This document shows positions 57,201 to 64,000 of a DNA stretch of 64,000 bases, piece by piece (within the stretch, counting starts at the first letter, position 1; each line of letters starts with the position of its first letter). The notes beneath the pieces were generated by a model. The model was not told where the DNA came from. It worked only from the letters and a program-made list of their open reading frames with translations, and did no database searches. The stretch covers positions 2,023 through 66,022 of the forward strand of contig QKEW01000013.1 of NCBI GenBank assembly GCA_003251635.1, written 5' to 3'. A program made the position numbers and the translations under genes. The stretch comes from a bacterium (lineage in GTDB: Bacteria; Patescibacteriota; Minisyncoccia; Moranbacterales; GWC2-37-73).

Positions 57201-57962
57201 ATGGCATTTAATAAGTTTGAAAAAATACAACGGGATGCTGGCTTTAGGAATCCAAATGATATTTTTGATCAGCCGTCAATTTCGGAAATAAGGGCAGAAA
57301 TTGAAAATATTTTACCAAATGTTAGAGAATTTATTGATGAAACTAGTCATAATTTGGAAAGGTATAAAATTTTAAATAGGCTAAGAAATTTTTGTAAAAG
57401 CATATCGGATGATTTTAAGTCTGAATTTCTGAAATTATTAGAAGGTTATGGAGATAAAAATAAGGTTCTTTCCAAAAGTATAGTTGAATTTATTAAAAAT
57501 AAGGACATGGTTTCACCTTCTTTTACTATTACTCACGGAGTTCAGGCTGAGGTTTTGCTGGAAGAATTTGGTTTAAGTCCTGAAATTAATGAAAATGAAT
57601 TGTTGTTGGTCTTTCAGCTGCCAAAACAGCTTGCTAAATTTTGGAATAAAGGCGGTGTTGATGACTGGGGAAATCTGGCTAAAAATGTTGGCGGAACAGT
57701 GGTTGAGTGGGGTTACTTTTATAGAAAACTGATGCCAATTATTTGGATGTCGCAGGGTCAATATGAAAATGAAGCTGGATTAAATTTTTCTCGGGTAAAC
57801 GAAATTGCTCAACATGATCCTGGAAAATATTATTATGTCTGGAGAATATCTGGATGGTCGAATTTTTCTGAACCGCTAGAAGATGAACATGATTTTTACA
57901 ATGATGAACAAGGGCGTGATGAATATGGAAATAGTTATGAACGAGAAACTGAGGAAGATTGA
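57201..57962 (+). CDS. hypothetical protein with an acidic C-terminal tail
   Basis: ORF with a plausible start. No motif. Confidence 0.5.
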   Translation: MAFNKFEKIQRDAGFRNPNDIFDQPSISEIRAEIENILPNVREFIDETSHNLERYKILNRLRNFCKSISDDFKSEFLKLLEGYGDKNKVLSKSIVEFIKNKDMVSPSFTITHGVQAEVLLEEFGLSPEINENELLLVFQLPKQLAKFWNKGGVDDWGNLAKNVGGTVVEWGYFYRKLMPIIWMSQGQYENEAGLNFSRVNEIAQHDPGKYYYVWRISGWSNFSEPLEDEHDFYNDEQGRDEYGNSYERETEED

Positions 57963-58005
57963 TTAGTAATTATAAAAAAATATTTTTGATTTTTTTGTGT
58001 GAAGC

Positions 58006-61000
58006 TTAAACCACTTCCACCTCTCCATGCAAAACTAAGGTTTGAAGTTGGTCGAGGATTTCTTGGGTGTGATTTATGAGAAAAGGAGTTTGCAGCTTGG
58101 TTTGATTGTGTTTGAGGAAAACTTGAGTGGCACCTTTTTCGCATTTTTCCAAAAATTTTCCCAATTTTTGAATCACATCTGGCGTCGCATTGTGGGGCAG
58201 GGTGACAATCAGTTTCTGCTGGTCATTTTTTTGGGAGTCTTTGTTGTTTTTTGTTGATGAATTTGAATCTTGTGAATTGCTATTGTCAGGATTATTTTTA
58301 TCATCCCCGTCTTTTTTTTCACTGCTGTGATAGGCTTTTTGAGTCAGGCGAATGCGCATGAATTCATCAACTTCGTGGCGATTGAGTTCTTTAGCTTCGT
58401 CGACGATTAATTTGAAAACTCCGTCTTTATCGGAAAGTCGGCCTTCAGCTATGATCATTCTTTCACTTTCCCAGATGCTTTGAGTTTTTTCCAAAATTTT
58501 CGGAAAAACTAAAAGCTCAATTCGATTTTTGGTATCTTCCAGCATTACAAACAGCATGGTGTCATGGCGTTTGGTTAATATTTTTTGAACTTTCTGAATG
58601 ACTCCGCCAACCTTGATTTTTTGTCCGACCTTTTCTTTGGTGATTTGTGAAATAGCCTCGCCGGATTCATTGAGAAAAGCTTGAAATTCAGCCACGGGAT
58701 GATCGGAAACATAAAGTCCGAGCAATTCTTTTTCCCATTGCAATTTTTCTTTTTTACTAGCCGGCTCACATTCGTTTAGTAAAATTGTTGGAGCTTCTAG
58801 TTCTTGAGCACCAAAAAGGCTATTTTGATTGGAGTTTTGATTTTTTTGAATATTCTTAGAGAAGGCAATGATACTTTCGATATTTTCCAGGATTTGTTGG
58901 CGTTCACCCAAATTGTCCAAAGCGCCCACTTTAGCCAGGGCTTCGATTGATTTTTTGTTGAGATCTTTGGTTTGAACTCGTTCAAGTAAATCTGCCAAAG
59001 AAGAGAATTTTCCCTGGGCTTTTCTTTCTTTGACGATTTCAGCGGCGACCACGTGCCCGACATTCTTGATGGCATTGAGTCCAAAGCGAATTCTAGTTTT
59101 TTTGCCCTCTTGGTCGATGACGGCAAAATCTTCAAAACTTTCATTGACATCCGGGGCCAAAACTTCAATGCCCATGTCGCGAGTTTCATCCACTTCAATG
59201 GCGATGCGATCAATGTTGTCCTGGTCTGAAGTCAAAAGGGCAGCCATAAAAGCTTCTGGGTAGTGAGCTTTGAGATAGGCGGTTTGATATCCGATCAGGG
59301 CATAGCAGGCGGCGTGCGAGCGATTGAAACCGTAACCGGCAAACGGCTCAATGAAAGAGAAAACTTTTTCACCGATTTCGCGACTGATGCCATTTTTTTC
59401 GCAGCCGGCAATAAATTTGATTTTCTGTTCTTGAATCAGATCCAGAATTTTTTTACCCATGGCTTTGCGAAGGACATCGGCTTCACCCATGGAAAAGCCA
59501 GCCAAAGCGCGAGCGATCTGCATGACTTGTTCTTGATAGATGGCTACGCCGTAGGTATTTTTCAAAACCGGTTCCAATTTTGGATGAACATAGGTGACTT
59601 TTTTGGTGCCGTGCTTGTTGGCAATAAATTCCGGAATCCAATCCATCGGTCCTGGACGGTAAAGTGCTACCATGGCGATGATGTCCTCCAGGACAGTGGG
59701 TTTGAGAAGTTTCAAATAGCGTTTCATGCCGGAACTTTCAAATTGGAACACTCCGGTGGTGTGGCCTTCCTGGAAAAGACGATAAGTCTGCGCGTCGTCA
59801 ATTGGAATTTCATCAATATCAATTTCTATTCCTTTGGTTTTACGAATGATATTGATGGCATTTTGGATGATGGTTAGATTTTTTAAACCCAAAAAGTCCA
59901 TTTTGAGCAGCCCAATTTTTTCCACGTAGCTGGTTTTGGTAGAAGACGAATATTGGGTCACGGTGCCTTCCCGCGCACCAGCAATGTTTTGCAGTGGGGT
60001 ATATTCAACCACGGGCTTTTTCGTAATAACGACTCCACAGGCATGCATGCCAGCGTGACGACAAACTCCTTCTAGGCGCTGAGCATTGTCGATTAATTTT
60101 TTAGCATCCTCGCCAGAATTATAGTGGGACTTAAACTCTGGAACTTCTTCCAAGGCCTCTTTGATGGATGTGAACATGGGAATCATTTTGGAGGTTTTGT
60201 CACAAAAATCATAGGGAAGTCCCAAGGCGCGACCGGTATCGCGGATGGCGGCGCGGGCAGCCATGGTTCCAAAAGTGATGATTTGGGCTACGTGATCATC
60301 GCCATATTTGCGTCTGACATAGGCTAGCACGTCGTCACGTCGATTATCAGCAAAATCCATATCGACATCGGGCATGGATACGCGTTCCGGATTAAGAAAT
60401 CTTTCAAAAAGCAGATCATATTTGATTGGGTCAACATTGGTGATTCCGATCAAATAGGAAACAAAGCTGCCAGCTGCGCTACCACGTCCCGGACCCACCA
60501 CCACCCCATTGCTTTTGGCCCAATTGACAAAATCTTGCACAATCAAAAAGTAGGAAGGGTAGCCGGTTTTTTCAATAATATCCAATTCATAGTTCATTCT
60601 TTCCAGATGTTTTTCACTGTGCTCTCCTTGATATCTTCTTTGTAAACCTTCCTCAGTTAATTTACGCAGGTAGGTTACATCAGTGAATCCTTGAGGTACT
60701 TCAAAGTGGGGCAACTGGGTTTCACCCAGCTTCAATTCAAAATTGCAAAGGTCAACAACTTTTTGAGTATTTTCCAAAACTTCCGGGTGATCCGGAAAAC
60801 CAGCTAGAACCTCTTCAGGGGAACGCAAAGACAGATCGAAATCCATCAAATTCATGCGATCGGTTTCTTGAACTTTGCGGTTAGTTTGAACGCAAAGTAA
60901 AATGTCTTGAGCGGTGGCGTCTTGTTTGTTGACATAGTGCACGTCGCAAGTTGCGACCACGGGAACATCCAATTCTTGGCTTAATTTGAAAATCCCATCA

Positions 61001-61584
61001 TTGGCCACTTTTTGATTGGGGAAATTTGGGTGACTCTGAACCTCCAGAAAAAAGGAATCTTTTTCAAAAATATCCAAATACTCCAAAGCCAGCTCTTTGG
61101 CTTTGTCATATTTTCCCATAATGATCTGAGCGGGAATTTCTCCTTCGGCGCAAGCGCTAAGTCCGACCAATCCGGCGCTATGTTCTCGCAAAACCTTACG
61201 ATCAATGCGGGGTTTGTAATAAAAACCTTCCAGATGCGCAATCGTGATCAATTTCATCAAGTTTTTATAGCCAGTCTCATTTTTGACTAACAATATTAAA
61301 TGATGACGTTTGCGGTCTTCGGCCGTTGGATTTTTGCTGTGAAGATCATTGGGCGTGACATACATTTCGCAGCCCAAGATTGGCTTGAGACCTTTTTCTT
61401 TGGCGGTCACAAAAAGATCCACAGCGCCATAGAGCACACCGTGATCAGTTAAGGCAATGGAGTCCATGCCCAATTCTTTGGCATGGTCCATCAAATCATC
61501 AATTTTTCCCAGACCATCCAAAAGAGAATAGTGGGAGTGGACGTGAAGATGGGTATATTTGGGTGTCGACATATGTTTTTTCAA
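58006..61584 (-). CDS. dnaE: DNA polymerase III alpha subunit
   Basis: N-terminal PHP domain (HLHVHSHYSLLDG), polymerase palm/fingers blocks, OB fold, and a low-complexity Ser/Asn/Asp C-terminal tail. Confidence 0.95.
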   Translation of the reverse strand: MKKHMSTPKYTHLHVHSHYSLLDGLGKIDDLMDHAKELGMDSIALTDHGVLYGAVDLFVTAKEKGLKPILGCEMYVTPNDLHSKNPTAEDRKRHHLILLVKNETGYKNLMKLITIAHLEGFYYKPRIDRKVLREHSAGLVGLSACAEGEIPAQIIMGKYDKAKELALEYLDIFEKDSFFLEVQSHPNFPNQKVANDGIFKLSQELDVPVVATCDVHYVNKQDATAQDILLCVQTNRKVQETDRMNLMDFDLSLRSPEEVLAGFPDHPEVLENTQKVVDLCNFELKLGETQLPHFEVPQGFTDVTYLRKLTEEGLQRRYQGEHSEKHLERMNYELDIIEKTGYPSYFLIVQDFVNWAKSNGVVVGPGRGSAAGSFVSYLIGITNVDPIKYDLLFERFLNPERVSMPDVDMDFADNRRDDVLAYVRRKYGDDHVAQIITFGTMAARAAIRDTGRALGLPYDFCDKTSKMIPMFTSIKEALEEVPEFKSHYNSGEDAKKLIDNAQRLEGVCRHAGMHACGVVITKKPVVEYTPLQNIAGAREGTVTQYSSSTKTSYVEKIGLLKMDFLGLKNLTIIQNAINIIRKTKGIEIDIDEIPIDDAQTYRLFQEGHTTGVFQFESSGMKRYLKLLKPTVLEDIIAMVALYRPGPMDWIPEFIANKHGTKKVTYVHPKLEPVLKNTYGVAIYQEQVMQIARALAGFSMGEADVLRKAMGKKILDLIQEQKIKFIAGCEKNGISREIGEKVFSFIEPFAGYGFNRSHAACYALIGYQTAYLKAHYPEAFMAALLTSDQDNIDRIAIEVDETRDMGIEVLAPDVNESFEDFAVIDQEGKKTRIRFGLNAIKNVGHVVAAEIVKERKAQGKFSSLADLLERVQTKDLNKKSIEALAKVGALDNLGERQQILENIESIIAFSKNIQKNQNSNQNSLFGAQELEAPTILLNECEPASKKEKLQWEKELLGLYVSDHPVAEFQAFLNESGEAISQITKEKVGQKIKVGGVIQKVQKILTKRHDTMLFVMLEDTKNRIELLVFPKILEKTQSIWESERMIIAEGRLSDKDGVFKLIVDEAKELNRHEVDEFMRIRLTQKAYHSSEKKDGDDKNNPDNSNSQDSNSSTKNNKDSQKNDQQKLIVTLPHNATPDVIQKLGKFLEKCEKGATQVFLKHNQTKLQTPFLINHTQEILDQLQTLVLHGEVEVV

Positions 61585-61906
61585 ATTCCCATAGCCCGGA
61601 TCACTCCTAGGGTTTTGCGGAAGTTGAGTAAAAGTTTTTTTAGTTTTTCAATAATAGCATGAATTTTTCCAAAAGAAAAAAAGCCTTCTAGAACGGCTTT
61701 TTCTCTCAATACTTATCGTTGTAATAATTTTGATCAAATAGAAACAAAAAACACCACAAAAATATCTATAAATTTTTTATATTATTTTTTATTTTTGTTT
61801 CCATTTTTATTTTGAAAATATTCAAAATATATTATTATAAATGATAAGGATTTGTGTTTTTATCCAAAGAACTAAAAAAGAACCTTCAATATTATGATGA
61901 AAAGCT

Positions 61907-62671
61907 ATGAACTTGTCAAATGATTTTTTGAAAGCAGAAAAAGAGCTGAAAAATAAAGGGTTTGGGCGAATTATTGGAGTGGACGAAGCCGGTCGGGGTC
62001 CGCTCTGCGGTCCGGTGGTAGCGGCGGCAGTTTGTTTGCGCACCGATTTGGATGATTTGAGCGAGGAATTTTTGATGGACGAAAATTGGAATTTGGTGCG
62101 TGATTCCAAAAAACTTAGCGAAAAACAACGTGAAAAAGTGTTTAGTTTTATTTGGGAAAATTTTCAGGTGGGGATCGGTATTTGTGATCACCAAACTATT
62201 GATCGCATCAATATTTTGGAAGCCAGTTTTCTGGCTATGAAAAAGGCGATAAATGATTTGGAGCGCAAAACGCGTAACACGGAACGTGAAACGCATAGTC
62301 CGAAAGGGAAAGTTAATTGTTTGAATGATTCGCATTGCATCTCAAATTCATTCGCTCCACGCTCCACGCTCCATGCCCCACGCTTAATAATTTTAGTTGA
62401 TGGTAACAAAAAAATTCCCAATTTTTCCGCCGAGCAATTGGCGATTGTGGGCGGAGACAAAAAGATTAAATCGATTTCAGCCGCTTCAATTGTGGCCAAA
62501 GTAACGCGGGATCGGATGATGGAGGAGTTTGATCAAAAATATCCCGGCTATGGTTTTGCCAAGCACAAGGGTTATGGTACCAAAGCTCATCTGGAAGCCC
62601 TGGAAAAATTTGGGCCTTGTGAAATTCATCGCCAATCTTTTGGTCCGGTCAAAAAGTGGAAAAGGGCTTGA
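61907..62671 (+). CDS. rnhB: ribonuclease HII, carrying a roughly 35-aa in-frame insertion
   Basis: GVDEAGRGPLCGPVVAAAV active-site start and DSKKLS. The conserved LVDGN block resumes after the inserted segment. Confidence 0.9.
   Translation: MNLSNDFLKAEKELKNKGFGRIIGVDEAGRGPLCGPVVAAAVCLRTDLDDLSEEFLMDENWNLVRDSKKLSEKQREKVFSFIWENFQVGIGICDHQTIDRINILEASFLAMKKAINDLERKTRNTERETHSPKGKVNCLNDSHCISNSFAPRSTLHAPRLIILVDGNKKIPNFSAEQLAIVGGDKKIKSISAASIVAKVTRDRMMEEFDQKYPGYGFAKHKGYGTKAHLEALEKFGPCEIHRQSFGPVKKWKRA
62262..62388. repeat. GC-rich palindromic-type interspersed repeat (CGCTCCACG family) inserted in-frame in rnhB
   Basis: Left arm aaacgcgtaacacggaacgtgaaacgcatag and right arm cgctccacgctccacgctccatgccccacgctt. 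The words are shared with the miaA and miaB copies. Confidence 0.6.
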
Positions 62672-62816
62672 CAAAATGTTTGGGATGTGCAACAATGTTT
62701 CGATTGGCCGAAAAGGTTAGTCACAAACAGGAAATTTGTTTGTAGTACCTAAGCATATTCGTCACGACCCCTTTTTTAGGGAGTCATTATCACTCACCAG
62801 GGAAGGAGAAGAAGGA

Positions 62817-63122
62817 ATGAAGAAACGTAGTGTTTTGTTGGCTCTGTTGTTGCTGGCATTTGCCAGCCAGGCCCTTGCCTTTGGGGTTGACTATAAAGGT
62901 CATAATCCCTCCCCATGTATTGAAAAAAAGCTGATCCGAAAGGCGGGGGGTCAGCCGGATTCTGCGCTTATCGAGGCCTGTCGGTTAAGGCGGAGTGCTT
63001 ATACCAATTGGGGTGCTGGGCGAGGCACAAAGCCGGGTGACACCGGCGGGCAGTCATCCCTTCTGTATCTAAGCTGGATCGAACAGCAGACAGAGCTGAC
63101 GGAAAACTTGAGTGCTGAGTGA
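62817..63122 (+). CDS. small secreted protein (signal peptide MKKRSVLLALLLLAFASQALA) encoded in a GC-rich (about 52%) island
   Basis: ATG after AGGAGAAGAAGGA. Strong compositional contrast with the flanks. Followed by a GC-rich hairpin. Confidence 0.5.
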   Translation: MKKRSVLLALLLLAFASQALAFGVDYKGHNPSPCIEKKLIRKAGGQPDSALIEACRLRRSAYTNWGAGRGTKPGDTGGQSSLLYLSWIEQQTELTENLSAE

Positions 63123-63342
63123 AAAAAAGCGGGTGGGTGCACAGATTCATTGTGCACCCCTCGCTCCAAAAAAATAAAAATGTTTAATGTCGAATCCGTC
63201 AAAGAAGGCGGTTTTTTTGTTGTCAAAACTGATAAATAACTTTGAAATTTTCCTATGTGTATGTTCTTGTAAAAGTATGCTATAATAATTTCACAGTAAT
63301 CTTACATAACTCTTCAGGAGGGAGTCATCCAGTATTTTTTCA

Positions 63343-64000
63343 ATGAAAAACAAAAAAAATCTTAATATTTTGAAAAAGATAAACGCTGCTTTGACGATTG
63401 GCGTTTTTGTACTTTACTTATTGAATCCGATTTTGGTGTTTGGTTTTGATGGTTCCGGTGAAACTTTTGACAATCAGGCAGCAGAGAAAATCCAACAACA
63501 ACTTCAGGACAACGATTTTCCAATAAATGAAGAAATGGGCGGCCGAATCAAGGGCATGATGGCCCCATTCATTCAGAACGAGGGGCAAATAGAAAATCAA
63601 GAAGTTCAATTTTATACCGATATCTTTTCCGGAAGATTTTTTGTAACCAATGACTCTTTGACATACTCAGTTGTTAAACAGGAGAATTTTCGAGAAGTTC
63701 CAACTGAACTTGATGGGGATGAAAAAGGACCAATTGTTATAAAGGGAAAAAAGGAACTAGAAAGCAGCAAGATTATAGCCATAAGGGAAAAGTTTGTTGA
63801 TGATGACGGACAGGTGAGCAACCTTTCTCCACAAGGAGAGGATCCCACAGGTACAAAAATTTCACATTTTAAAAAAAGTGATAAAGACAAGTGGATAAAT
63901 GGCCGATCTACTTATGAATACGTGAGTCTGGGTCAAATTTGGGACAACATTGAAGTTAATTTGCGAAAAACCAAGAGTAACGTAGAAAAAGTATTCACTG
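63343..64000 (+). CDS. hypothetical secreted/membrane-anchored protein, 3' partial (it runs off the window). Not in the ORF track because no stop is reached
   Basis: ATG after CAGGAGGGAG. An upstream extended -10 TGCTATAAT. 219 codons without a stop in AT-rich DNA. N-terminal TM/signal helix. Confidence 0.55.
   Translation, partial: MKNKKNLNILKKINAALTIGVFVLYLLNPILVFGFDGSGETFDNQAAEKIQQQLQDNDFPINEEMGGRIKGMMAPFIQNEGQIENQEVQFYTDIFSGRFFVTNDSLTYSVVKQENFREVPTELDGDEKGPIVIKGKKELESSKIIAIREKFVDDDGQVSNLSPQGEDPTGTKISHFKKSDKDKWINGRSTYEYVSLGQIWDNIEVNLRKTKSNVEKVFT

Overview
This window reads as a low-GC (about 37-40%) bacterial chromosome segment with compact housekeeping content. The gene content is reminiscent of Patescibacteria/CPR-type genomes, but that is an inference, not a measurement.

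Supported content, in order:
- A frameshifted ABC exporter at the window start.
- A small operon of a PUR-alpha-like ssDNA-binding protein, a hypothetical protein and lexA, followed by ftsK, a rodZ-like gene and recA.
- The rpsF-ssb-rpsR-efp block on the minus strand.
- A large type IV pilus cluster: pilM, N/O-like genes, pilB, a response regulator, pilT, pilC, two major pilins, pilD and three minor pilins.
- ligA and gatC-gatA.
- A tRNA cluster: initiator tRNA-Met, an unusual tRNA(CAU) pair, and tRNA-Asp.
- gyrB, then a 23S-5S rRNA unit with no 16S upstream.
- An ftsW/rodA-family gene, rplY, a lytic-transglycosylase-like protein, metG and tatD.
- A complete F-type ATP synthase operon, a sulP transporter, miaA, miaB, thrS, dnaE and rnhB.
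- A GC-rich mini-island, then a partial secreted protein at the window end.

The observations most worth a second look:
1. A tRNA(CAU) gene flanked by perfect 15-bp inverted repeats sits inside the D-loop of a second, near-identical tRNA(CAU) gene. That outer gene also carries a 19-nt hairpin insert in its anticodon loop.
2. A family of GC-rich short repeats (core CGCTCCACG) is inserted in-frame, in either orientation, inside conserved genes (miaA, miaB, rnhB). This resembles the palindromic elements of Rickettsia.
3. The 23S rRNA appears to lack the universally conserved A-loop (helix 92) segment, and it carries a roughly 130-nt AT-rich insertion in helix 79.
4. The ATP synthase c subunit carries a Na+-binding signature (E...ESTxxY).
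5. A 28-bp perfect inverted repeat lies in the thrS leader.
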